64,000 nt of DNA from a virus. Its lineage: Duplodnaviria; Caudoviricetes. The stretch lies in IMG/VR virus record IMGVR_UViG_3300044655_001017, one strand, 5' to 3'. A model generated the notes under the pieces. It did no database searches. It had not been told where the DNA came from and saw nothing but the letters and a program-made list of their open reading frames with translations. Below, piece by piece: positions 1 through 8,337 of this stretch (its first letter is position 1; each line of letters opens with the position of its first letter). The translations under genes were made by a program, and so were the position numbers.

Positions 1-1
1 T

Positions 2-574
2 CCTGATGCTATTAGAAATGCATCACAAGCTGCAGCAGGCGGCGTTGGTAATCCAAGTAAAGCTGCAAAAATTGGCGCGGGATTTGGTAACAACAAACTT
101 AAAACTGGTGTAGCGGCAGGTGCAATTGCCGGTGCAGGTGCAATGGATGCTGCTAACAGTTATGATGCAGCACACGCACAAACACAAGGTCAATCTCCAG
201 TTGGTAAACATCACGGTGGCGGACACGGTGGACATGGCGGTGGAAGTTATCCTCCAATCGATCCTGCAATCCAACAAGCATTAAAGGCTAAAGGTGCAGA
301 CTTAGGAACAACTGGTCCTAATGGTGACGGCGTTGATGGGGTTAATGGCCCATTAACACAAGCTGCTATTGCAAAATTTGGTATGCCAAATGGCCAACAA
401 GCGCAAGGCCAACAAGCGCCAGCAGCAGATGCAGCAGATGCAGCAGGTGATAAAGAAATGGCAGATTTAAAAGCGCAAATTCAAGCAATAACAGGTGAAC
501 TTAGCAAATCAGGCAATGCCGACGCGGCAAAAGCAGCAACTGACATGCAAGCAAAACTCAGTACTATGCAATAA
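2..574 (+). CDS. 5'-truncated Ala/Gly-rich protein with a peptidoglycan-binding-like domain
   Basis: The frame is open from base 2 (PDAIRNASQAAAGG...), so the listed ATG at 143 is probably internal. IQQALKAKGADLG...DGVDGVNGPLTQAAIAKF fits the PG_binding_1 DGxxGxxTxxA pattern. Confidence 0.55.
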   Translation, partial: PDAIRNASQAAAGGVGNPSKAAKIGAGFGNNKLKTGVAAGAIAGAGAMDAANSYDAAHAQTQGQSPVGKHHGGGHGGHGGGSYPPIDPAIQQALKAKGADLGTTGPNGDGVDGVNGPLTQAAIAKFGMPNGQQAQGQQAPAADAADAAGDKEMADLKAQIQAITGELSKSGNADAAKAATDMQAKLSTMQ

Positions 575-587
575 AAGTTTACAACTT

Positions 588-615
588 AAAAAAGGCAGCT
601 AGTCTGCCTTTTTTT
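588..615 (+). terminator. Intrinsic terminator (probably bidirectional)
   Basis: AAAAAA-GGCAG-ctagt-CTGCC-TTTTTTT just after the stop codon at 574. Confidence 0.8.
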
Positions 616-636
616 ACCTTTATTTTACCAAGCCAG

Positions 637-665
637 TTGACATACTGAGCAAACGAATATATAAT
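637..665 (+). promoter_or_regulatory. Sigma70-type promoter
   Basis: TTGACA (637-642), 17 bp spacer, TATAAT (660-665); an AAGGAG RBS follows before the ATG at 697. Confidence 0.85.
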
Positions 666-696
666 ATATACTTTATAACACAAAGGAGAAGTACTA

Positions 697-951
697 ATGA
701 GTAGAGCATATGGTCCAGAAGAAAAAGCTAAACTTGAAAAATTAATTAACGAAGGTTCTTTAGTTTTACGTGAAGTTGAAGACTTACAAGCTGGCTTAAA
801 AGATACTGTAAAAGCAGTAGCAGAAGAATTACAAGTTAAACCAGCAGTTATAAATAAAGCTATTAAGATAGCTCATAAAGGAAATTGGGCAGATCATAAT
901 GAAGATTGGGAAGAAGTTGAAGCAATCTTAGACATTACAAAACGTATTTAA
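697..951 (+). CDS. T4 DsbA / GapR-like small dsDNA-binding protein
   Basis: 84 aa, helical; LKDTVKAVAEELQVKPAVINKAIKIAHK pattern and acidic C-terminal helix resemble T4 DsbA; strong RBS. Confidence 0.55.
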   Translation: MSRAYGPEEKAKLEKLINEGSLVLREVEDLQAGLKDTVKAVAEELQVKPAVINKAIKIAHKGNWADHNEDWEEVEAILDITKRI

Positions 952-1002
952 CAAGTAGTAAAATGGAACGGCAGGCAGGCCATAAGCTGCAAAAGGGTAT
1001 TT

Positions 1003-1209
1003 GTGAGCCACAAGTCACATACACTGAGATACAATATGGAAGAATTTAATACCTGTACGGAATGCATCCGTCCGGAAGTATGTACAGTAAGATGTGAATG
1101 CAGTATCATTGTTCATGGATCAGAAGAAGTTGCAAAACAACGCGACGAAGCGATGTTTATGGAATGGATTAATGATCATGCAACTAATCGCGATAGAGGT
1201 GCAGAATGA
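1003..1209 (+). CDS. Small Cys-rich hypothetical protein
   Basis: CTEC...CTVRCEC cluster; stop overlaps the polymerase start (ATGA). The start may be the ATG at 1036. Confidence 0.45.
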   Translation: MSHKSHTLRYNMEEFNTCTECIRPEVCTVRCECSIIVHGSEEVAKQRDEAMFMEWINDHATNRDRGAE

Positions 1210-3869
1210 GTTATGTAGATGCATGGTTTGATCGCGATAATGATGTTATTAAAATTGTAGAAAGAAATTCAAAAGGTGAACGGGAATACAAAGATATTGC
1301 CGTTAAACACACATTATATTATACAGACCCGAAAGGGAAATATCAATCAATTTACGGAGACCCCGTATCAAAAGTAATTTGTAACAATACAAAAGAGTTC
1401 CGCAAAGAACTTTCAATACACGGTAATAAAAAGCTGTTTGAAGCAGATATTAATCCAATTTTTAAATGCTTATCAGATAACTACCTTAATCATGACGCAC
1501 CTAAATTAAATATTGCGTTTTATGATATTGAGGTTGATTTCGATCCAGAACGCGGGTATGCATCACCCGATGATGCGTTTATGCCTATTACTGCTATTGC
1601 AGTGTATTTACAATGGTTAGATACTCTTATTTGTTTAGCAATACCTCCAAAGACATTAACTATGGATCAAGCTAAAGAACAAATTAGAGATATTCCAAAT
1701 ACTATTCTCTTTAACACAGAAGCAGAGATGTTAGACACATTTTTAACACTGCTTGAAGATGCTGATATTATTAGCGGATGGAATAGTGAAGGATTTGATA
1801 TACCATACACTGTAAATCGTGTTACAAAAGTTCTATCAAAAGATGATACACGCAGATTCTGCTTGTTTAATCAATTACCAAAAAGACGTGAATATGAAAA
1901 GTACGGCAAAGCTGCAGTAACATACGACTTTGTAGGACGTGTGCATTTAGATAGTTTACAATTATATCAAAAGTACACATATGAAGAAAGACATAGTTTT
2001 AGACTTGATGCTATTGCTGAATATGAGTTAGGTGATCGTAAAACACAGTACGAAGGTACGCTTGATCAGTTATACAACAATGACTTTAGAACGTTTATTG
2101 AGTACAACCGTCAAGATACTATGCTATTACACAGACTTGATACAAAATTAAAGTTTATTGACCTAGCTAATACACTTGCACACGAGAACACTGTATTACT
2201 ACAAACTACTATGGGTGCGGTTGCTGTAACAGAACAAGCAATTATTAACGAATCACATCACAGAGGGTTTGTTGTACCTAACAGAAAAGGTAAAGCAGAA
2301 CCAATTCAAGCTGCAGGTGCGTATGTTGCGTATCCTAAAGAAGGAATTCATGACTGGATTGGCTCGCTAGATATTAACTCTCTGTATCCAAGTGCCATTA
2401 GAGCATTAAATATGGGTCCGGAGACTATTGTAGGACAACTTAGACCAATCGTAACTGACGAATACATAGGCTTACAACTAGCTAAAGGTAAATCGTTTGC
2501 TTCTGCATGGGAAGGGTTGTTTGGTACACTTGAATATACGTCTGTTATGAATGAAGAAATAGGTACTGATATTACAATTGACTGGGAAAATGGCGATACT
2601 GATATATTAAGTGCTGCTGAAGTATACAGATTGATATTTGAAAGTAATCAGCCATGGGTTATGTCAGCTAATGGAACTATCTTTTCATATGAAACAGAAG
2701 GTATTATTCCTGGATTACTAAAGCGATGGTATGCAGAACGTAAGGATATGCAGAAAAAGCTAAAAGAAGCTATTAATGCAGGTAATAAGATTGAAGAAGA
2801 ATATTGGGATAAACGTCAGCTGGTTAAGAAGATTAACCTAAATAGTTTATATGGTGCTATTCTTAATCCTGGATGTAGGTTCTTTGATAAACGTATTGGG
2901 CAATCAACTACGTTAACTGGCAGACAAATTGCTAAACACATGGCAGCTAAAGTAAATGAGATTATAACCGGCGAATACAATCACACAGGTAAGTCTATTA
3001 TTTACGGTGACACTGACTCTTGTTACTTTTCAGCGTATCCTACACTTAAACGTGAAATAGATAATGGTAGTTTACCATGGTCTAAGGAAACTGTTGTTCA
3101 ATTATATGATCAAATTAGTGATCAAGTTAATAGTACATTCCAACAGTTCATGCTTGATGCATTTCATTGCCCTAAATCACGTGGTGAAGTAATTAAAGCT
3201 GGTCGTGAGATTGTTGGTAGTAAGAGCTTATTCATTACTAAAAAACGTTATGCAGTACTAGTATACGATAAGGAAGGTAAACGTAAGGATACACTTGGTA
3301 AAAACGGTGAAATTAAAGCTATGGGCTTAGATTTAAAGCGTAGTGATACACCTGAATTTATTCAAGACTTCTTATCACAAGTATTAGAAATGGTATTAGG
3401 TGGTGATACTGAACAGCATGTACTAGATTACATCAGTAAGTTTAGGATATCGTTTAAAGCTAGACCAGGTTGGGAAAAAGGTTCGCCTAAACGCGCTAAT
3501 AGCATTACGTCTTATTTAGAAAAAGAAGCTAAACAAGGCAAAGTTAATATGCCCGGACATGTTAGAGCAAGTTTAAACTGGAATACACTAAAACGTATGT
3601 ATGATGACAAGTATTCGATGTCTATTACAGACGGTGCAAAGGTAATTGTATGTAAACTTAAACAAAACCCATTAGGGTTTACAAGTGTTGCGTACCCAGT
3701 AGATGAATTACGCTTACCGCAATGGTTTAAAAACCTACCATTTGATCATAATGGAATGGAAGATACTATTATTGATAACAAACTTGATAACTTGATTGGC
3801 ATTTTGAACTGGAAATTAGCTGACACGTCAGATAGAAACACATTTAACAGTTTATTTGAATTTGAATGA
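1206..3869 (+). CDS. gp43: Family B DNA polymerase (T4 gp43-like)
   Basis: ExoI DIEVD, ExoII GWNSEGFDIPY, polymerase motifs SLDINSLYPS, KINLNSLYG and YGDTDS, plus KKRYA. Confidence 0.97.
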   Translation: MSYVDAWFDRDNDVIKIVERNSKGEREYKDIAVKHTLYYTDPKGKYQSIYGDPVSKVICNNTKEFRKELSIHGNKKLFEADINPIFKCLSDNYLNHDAPKLNIAFYDIEVDFDPERGYASPDDAFMPITAIAVYLQWLDTLICLAIPPKTLTMDQAKEQIRDIPNTILFNTEAEMLDTFLTLLEDADIISGWNSEGFDIPYTVNRVTKVLSKDDTRRFCLFNQLPKRREYEKYGKAAVTYDFVGRVHLDSLQLYQKYTYEERHSFRLDAIAEYELGDRKTQYEGTLDQLYNNDFRTFIEYNRQDTMLLHRLDTKLKFIDLANTLAHENTVLLQTTMGAVAVTEQAIINESHHRGFVVPNRKGKAEPIQAAGAYVAYPKEGIHDWIGSLDINSLYPSAIRALNMGPETIVGQLRPIVTDEYIGLQLAKGKSFASAWEGLFGTLEYTSVMNEEIGTDITIDWENGDTDILSAAEVYRLIFESNQPWVMSANGTIFSYETEGIIPGLLKRWYAERKDMQKKLKEAINAGNKIEEEYWDKRQLVKKINLNSLYGAILNPGCRFFDKRIGQSTTLTGRQIAKHMAAKVNEIITGEYNHTGKSIIYGDTDSCYFSAYPTLKREIDNGSLPWSKETVVQLYDQISDQVNSTFQQFMLDAFHCPKSRGEVIKAGREIVGSKSLFITKKRYAVLVYDKEGKRKDTLGKNGEIKAMGLDLKRSDTPEFIQDFLSQVLEMVLGGDTEQHVLDYISKFRISFKARPGWEKGSPKRANSITSYLEKEAKQGKVNMPGHVRASLNWNTLKRMYDDKYSMSITDGAKVIVCKLKQNPLGFTSVAYPVDELRLPQWFKNLPFDHNGMEDTIIDNKLDNLIGILNWKLADTSDRNTFNSLFEFE

Positions 3870-3877
3870 ACTACTTA

Positions 3878-3906
3878 TTGACAAATTGATACAAATATAA
3901 TATAAT
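3878..3906 (+). promoter_or_regulatory. Sigma70-type promoter
   Basis: TTGACA (3878-3883), 17 bp spacer, TATAAT (3901-3906), then a GGAGA RBS and the ATG at 3928. Confidence 0.85.
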
Positions 3907-3927
3907 ATATAAAACTAGGAGATATAC

Positions 3928-4665
3928 ATGAAAAACTTTTTACAAGATTTAGTAGCACATACACACACATTAACCGTTTTACCATTAGTTAAAGTAACCG
4001 CAACTGCAGAAAATGCAGTGATCGAATCAGTAGCAGAAGATAGATCAGTAATGCTGTACGCAACTACACATACGCCAGTTAATGGTCTCGAACCATGCAT
4101 CTTTGGTATGCCAAACTTAAACAAATTAGACTTACATCTTAAATGTCCAGAATATAAAACTGATGCAACTATTAAAGTTGTACAAGAAACTAGAGATGGT
4201 GTGAAAATTCCAACAGGGTTACACTTTTCTAATGTAGCCGGCGATTATGAAAATGATTATAGATTTATGAATGAAGAAATCGTTAGTGCAAAAGTAAAAA
4301 GACCAAAACTTAAAGTAGAAATTGTGTATGACTTAGATTTTATTCCAGCTGAGGTAAGCATTCAGAGATTAAAACACCAAGCTGCTGCACATACTGAAGA
4401 AACTGTATTTCAACTAGTAACAGTTGATAACGATCTAGTATTTAGATTTGGTGATGCTAGTACACACGCAGGATCATTTGTATTCCATCATAACATTAAT
4501 ACTACATTAAAAAATACATGGTCATGGCCAATTACTCCAATTTTAAGTATTTTAAACTTAAATGGTAACTTAACTATGAAAGTTTCAGATCAAGGTTCGT
4601 TACAAATTATAGTTGACAGTGGTATTGCAGTTTATAACTACACTATTCCAGCATACACAAAATAA
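3928..4665 (+). CDS. Probable sliding clamp / polymerase processivity factor (gp45-like)
   Basis: 245 aa, clamp-sized, two-domain beta-rich pattern, directly after the polymerase. Family recognition only; no catalytic motif available. Confidence 0.6.
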   Translation: MKNFLQDLVAHTHTLTVLPLVKVTATAENAVIESVAEDRSVMLYATTHTPVNGLEPCIFGMPNLNKLDLHLKCPEYKTDATIKVVQETRDGVKIPTGLHFSNVAGDYENDYRFMNEEIVSAKVKRPKLKVEIVYDLDFIPAEVSIQRLKHQAAAHTEETVFQLVTVDNDLVFRFGDASTHAGSFVFHHNINTTLKNTWSWPITPILSILNLNGNLTMKVSDQGSLQIIVDSGIAVYNYTIPAYTK

Positions 4666-5057
4666 TGATGGATATTAGAAAAGCATTAAAATTATTAGAT
4701 ATCATATATGTAAACGAAAACGATAGCATTAAATCGTCAGTTGATAAACTAACAATGTTAGCGCAATTAGATATGCCATCTTATTCTATGCCAGGACCGT
4801 TTGAACAGTTTTATGTTGATTACGAATACATGAAACAACGTGTGCAAGGACTTGAATCGAGATTAACCACACTTGAAGATTATAATCGAAACCCATATAC
4901 AAATTACACTGTTAATTCGCATATAGTTGGACATGTTACTGCAAGTCCGCAGTTTGTAAGTGCATTTAACAGAATTACACAATTAGAAACTGAATTACAA
5001 GTTACTAAAACGTTACTTAGTAAGTTATTAACCCCAGAACAGGAAGAAGATGAATAG
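4665..5057 (+). CDS. Hypothetical protein with coiled-coil segments
   Basis: 130 aa ORF overlapping both neighbours; heptad-like stretches. Confidence 0.6.
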   Translation: MMDIRKALKLLDIIYVNENDSIKSSVDKLTMLAQLDMPSYSMPGPFEQFYVDYEYMKQRVQGLESRLTTLEDYNRNPYTNYTVNSHIVGHVTASPQFVSAFNRITQLETELQVTKTLLSKLLTPEQEEDE

Positions 5058-6945
5058 AAACTTAACAGCAACACAACAGGATTATGCCGTGTTTTTGCCA
5101 GCAACGTCGGGTTTTTACTCGACGTTTGTTGGAAAACAACGTTACGGCAATTATGTTGAGCCGTCACGTATTCCAACATCATTTAAAGCAGGCGTAGAAG
5201 GTCTTAATTACTTAGAACCAGAAAAAGGTGAATTTTATTACAGATGGTGTTTGTATTCAGCAGGGCATGCAAACTTAGATTTAAATAAGTTTGACGAAAG
5301 TGAAGATATGTTCCGTAATAGAGATAGAAGTACTAGCTGGGTGTTAGGTGACTCCGGAGGCTTCCAAATAGGGAAAGGTGTATGGGAAGGCGAATGGAGA
5401 GATCCTAACAGTGCAATAGTACAAACAACTATGGCTGATTGCATTGCTAAAGGTATTGAAACTGTTCCTGTACTTGACTCAACAGGAAATCCAGTAGTTA
5501 ACAAAAAAGGTGTTCCTAAAACTACTAAAATTGATCACGTTAAACTATATCAAGCTCGGTTAGATGCTGCTCAAAAGAAAAGAGAGCAAGTATTAGCATG
5601 GATGGATACGTTAATGGATTACGGAATGGTACTTGATATTCCAGCATGGGTTGAACGAAGTCCTGCTGGTAAACTTGCAACTGGTATTACAAGTTATGAC
5701 GAAGCAGTTGATGCTACAATTTATAACAATGAATACTTTATGAAACACCGCAATGGTAACTGTAAATTCTTAAACGTATTACAAGGTGAAACCCATACAC
5801 AAGCTGACGATTGGTATAGTAAGATGAAAGACTTTTGTGATCCTGCTATATATCCAGATACACACTTTAACGGGTGGTCAATGGGTGGTCAAAATATGTG
5901 TGATGCCGAACTAGTACTTAAACGTGTAGTAACATTAAAATTTGACAACTTGTTACAAGAAGGCAAACATGATTGGATGCATTTCTTAGGAACCAGTAAA
6001 TTAGAATGGGCATGCTTTTTAACTGATGTACAACGTGCAGTGCGTAAATATGTTAATCCAAAATTTACTATTAGTTATGATTGTGCTAGTCCATTTTTAG
6101 CTACTGCTAATGGTCAGGTATATATTACTACAGAATTAGATGATAGATCTAAATGGGTGTATCGAATGGTTCCAAGCGTTGACGATAAAAAGTATGCACA
6201 AGATGCTAGACTATTTAAAGATGCAGTAATACAAGATGGTATTTTTAGTGTGTTTGATCCAAGTCCATTAATTGATCAAGTAGCAATTAAAGACGTGTGT
6301 ATATATGGTCACGGTGTTCCTAATTGGACAGAAGTCAATAACGATAATGTTGATCATGCTAACCTATTTACAGATCCAAAATATTTAAATGATCCTAAAT
6401 ACTGGATAACATTAGGCGATGCAAATAAAATTAACAAGATTGGTAAAACTAGTTGGGATAGTTTTAGCTATGCTATTTTAATGGGGCATAATGTGTGGAG
6501 TCACGTTAATGCTGTACAAAAAGCAAATGAAGCTTACGACAACGGTATAATTCCTCGAATGTTAATAGGCGAAAAAACTCAACCGTATGTTGTTAGAGAT
6601 ATTATTGACCGGATTATTGCGTGTGATGATAGAACCGTTGCTATTAAGATGATTGAAGATCTTGAAAAGATATGGATGGCTATTCCGGGCACTAGAGGTA
6701 ACACTGGCAAAAACATAGTTAACAACGAAACTACTACTACTACTAATTATGTAGCCGAATCAATTATTACAGAAAAAGTTGAAAAAATTAGAAAAGTGTT
6801 ATTAACAGATCTTACATCACAAGTTAACAACTTATTTGATTTTGATGACAATATTACAGAAGAAGTAGAATCCGATGACTATGAGTTTTCTGAAGAAGAC
6901 GAACTTACCTTATCTAACCTAGAAGATAGCATTAAACATGAATAG
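5050..6945 (+). CDS. dpdA: DpdA-like DNA 7-deazaguanine transglycosylase (TGT fold)
   Basis: TGT signatures DSGGFQ, LDIP, GWSMGG, HFLG, YDCASP and GHN; clustered with folE, queE and a queD-like gene; acidic C-terminal tail. Confidence 0.8.
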   Translation: MNRNLTATQQDYAVFLPATSGFYSTFVGKQRYGNYVEPSRIPTSFKAGVEGLNYLEPEKGEFYYRWCLYSAGHANLDLNKFDESEDMFRNRDRSTSWVLGDSGGFQIGKGVWEGEWRDPNSAIVQTTMADCIAKGIETVPVLDSTGNPVVNKKGVPKTTKIDHVKLYQARLDAAQKKREQVLAWMDTLMDYGMVLDIPAWVERSPAGKLATGITSYDEAVDATIYNNEYFMKHRNGNCKFLNVLQGETHTQADDWYSKMKDFCDPAIYPDTHFNGWSMGGQNMCDAELVLKRVVTLKFDNLLQEGKHDWMHFLGTSKLEWACFLTDVQRAVRKYVNPKFTISYDCASPFLATANGQVYITTELDDRSKWVYRMVPSVDDKKYAQDARLFKDAVIQDGIFSVFDPSPLIDQVAIKDVCIYGHGVPNWTEVNNDNVDHANLFTDPKYLNDPKYWITLGDANKINKIGKTSWDSFSYAILMGHNVWSHVNAVQKANEAYDNGIIPRMLIGEKTQPYVVRDIIDRIIACDDRTVAIKMIEDLEKIWMAIPGTRGNTGKNIVNNETTTTTNYVAESIITEKVEKIRKVLLTDLTSQVNNLFDFDDNITEEVESDDYEFSEEDELTLSNLEDSIKHE

Positions 6946-7462
6946 ACAGTATAATAACATAACTACTAACACTGCTAAATTTTTTGTTGGTAACGAGGTA
7001 GAACACACACCAGCATATGGTTTAAAAACATTGTTTGTTGTTGGTAATCAAACTATAGAAGCAGTACATTATCGGTTAGATGCTGAAGAAGATGTTACAC
7101 ACATCTTCTTTGGTGCAAACCATAGCTTTAATCCAAATACACCAGGTGCATGGATTGACTGGAATCACATAATTGAACACTTTTTAAAATTAGGCAAACA
7201 GTGTTCATTAGATATTCCATTTACAGTAGTAAACGATTTTAATAATAAAACTAACTTATGTTCATATTCAAATTTTATTCCACAAATTAGAATTCCGGTT
7301 GCAAATATTAAAGATTGGAGTTATAATACAATGATAAAATTAGATGACATAGATTTTAACGCAACTAATCCCGGGGTGTGGACACATAACTTAAAAGCAT
7401 TGCAAAATGATGATGTGTTTACTAGCTGGACTGACTATAACAACGACAATATAATTAAATGA
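6938..7462 (+). CDS. Hypothetical protein coupled to dpdA and the queD-like gene
   Basis: 174 aa, overlaps both neighbours; globular alpha/beta pattern (FFVGNEVEHTPAYG, HIFFGANHSF). Confidence 0.7.
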   Translation: MNRQYNNITTNTAKFFVGNEVEHTPAYGLKTLFVVGNQTIEAVHYRLDAEEDVTHIFFGANHSFNPNTPGAWIDWNHIIEHFLKLGKQCSLDIPFTVVNDFNNKTNLCSYSNFIPQIRIPVANIKDWSYNTMIKLDDIDFNATNPGVWTHNLKALQNDDVFTSWTDYNNDNIIK

Positions 7463-7818
7463 CAGATACACAAATGATATGGGTTTCTTTTAAGAAAGAA
7501 GGAATTCACCATTACCCCGATGCATTAACTAACCCTAACTTAATAGATGTATCTTTTTTAGGACATCCACATAGACATATATTTCATTTTAAAGTATGGA
7601 TAGAAGTTACGCATTCTGACAGAGACATTGAGTTTATACAATTTAAACGATGGTTAGAATCATTGTATATTAGTTCAACATTATCATTAGATAACAAAAG
7701 TTGTGAAATGATAAGTAATGATTTATCATTAACAATTAGAAATGAATACCCTAATAGGGAAATTTGGATTGAAGTTTCTGAAGACGGCGAAAACGGATCA
7801 TTTATTAAGTATTTGTAA
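7459..7818 (+). CDS. QueD-like T-fold protein (DpdL-type LxxxHRHxF motif)
   Basis: 119 aa; EGIHHYP, LGHPHRHIF, RDIEF, SCEM, EDGENG. It is His-rich like QueD/PTPS but lacks the canonical CxxxHGH motif. Confidence 0.7.
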   Translation: MTDTQMIWVSFKKEGIHHYPDALTNPNLIDVSFLGHPHRHIFHFKVWIEVTHSDRDIEFIQFKRWLESLYISSTLSLDNKSCEMISNDLSLTIRNEYPNREIWIEVSEDGENGSFIKYL

Positions 7819-7819
7819 T

Positions 7820-8032
7820 ATGAAACATTTTGTCTCAAAAGCTATGCTTGAACAACAGATTAATCGGTTACGCCAAGAGATATCAGACTTTGAAATCCAA
7901 CATATGAAATCAGTTAACCCTAAACTTAAAAACGTATTACACATTAAACAATTAAGAAATCAACTGTACGATTTGAAGGAACAACTGCTAATTCGTACTA
8001 ATCAAACTATATTAAAAAACGGAAGAAAATAA
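7820..8032 (+). CDS. Hypothetical coiled-coil protein
   Basis: In-frame ATG at 7820 right after the previous stop, preferred over the listed 7742 start that overlaps the upstream gene. Confidence 0.55.
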   Translation: MKHFVSKAMLEQQINRLRQEISDFEIQHMKSVNPKLKNVLHIKQLRNQLYDLKEQLLIRTNQTILKNGRK

Positions 8033-8033
8033 A

Positions 8034-8288
8034 ATGGCTAAAAATTACAAAACATTCTCATACTTAGAATCACGTCCAGATGTTGTTAAAATCTTTGAAG
8101 ATTTAGAAGCATTCCATGACTTTTGCAGAATTGAGTTACGTAAATTTGATCCAGCAGATTTATATCGCAAAGATAGTAAATCGTACGGTTCGTACATAGC
8201 AAGTAAACGTCCACGTAAACCATATCAAGGTAATAAACCATGGCCAAACGGTGTTAGACCTAAAAACACATATCAAAAAAAATCTTAA
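8034..8288 (+). CDS. Hypothetical basic protein
   Basis: 84 aa, packed operon position, Lys/Pro-rich tail. Confidence 0.65.
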   Translation: MAKNYKTFSYLESRPDVVKIFEDLEAFHDFCRIELRKFDPADLYRKDSKSYGSYIASKRPRKPYQGNKPWPNGVRPKNTYQKKS

Positions 8289-8301
8289 TCTTATTTTCAA
8301 C

Positions 8302-8323
8302 TGAAAGCCCTACGGGGCTTTCA
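8302..8323 (+). other. RNA hairpin with cUACGg tetraloop
   Basis: TGAAAGCCC-TACG-GGGCTTTCA, a 9-bp perfect stem with no U-tract, just upstream of the glycosyltransferase RBS. Confidence 0.55.
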
Positions 8324-8337
8324 CCGCAGGACATATT

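Noticed and set aside
1206-6945. Possible inteins or introns in the polymerase or DpdA
   Set aside because: Polymerase length and motif spacing are normal. The DpdA extra segments are short and lack intein C1/His-Asn ends and homing endonuclease motifs.
5050-6945. Reading the TGT-fold gene as a tRNA-modifying Tgt
   Set aside because: It lacks the C-terminal CxCxxC zinc motif of bacterial Tgt, sits next to replisome genes, and no tRNA genes were seen. A DNA-acting DpdA is more likely, though untested.
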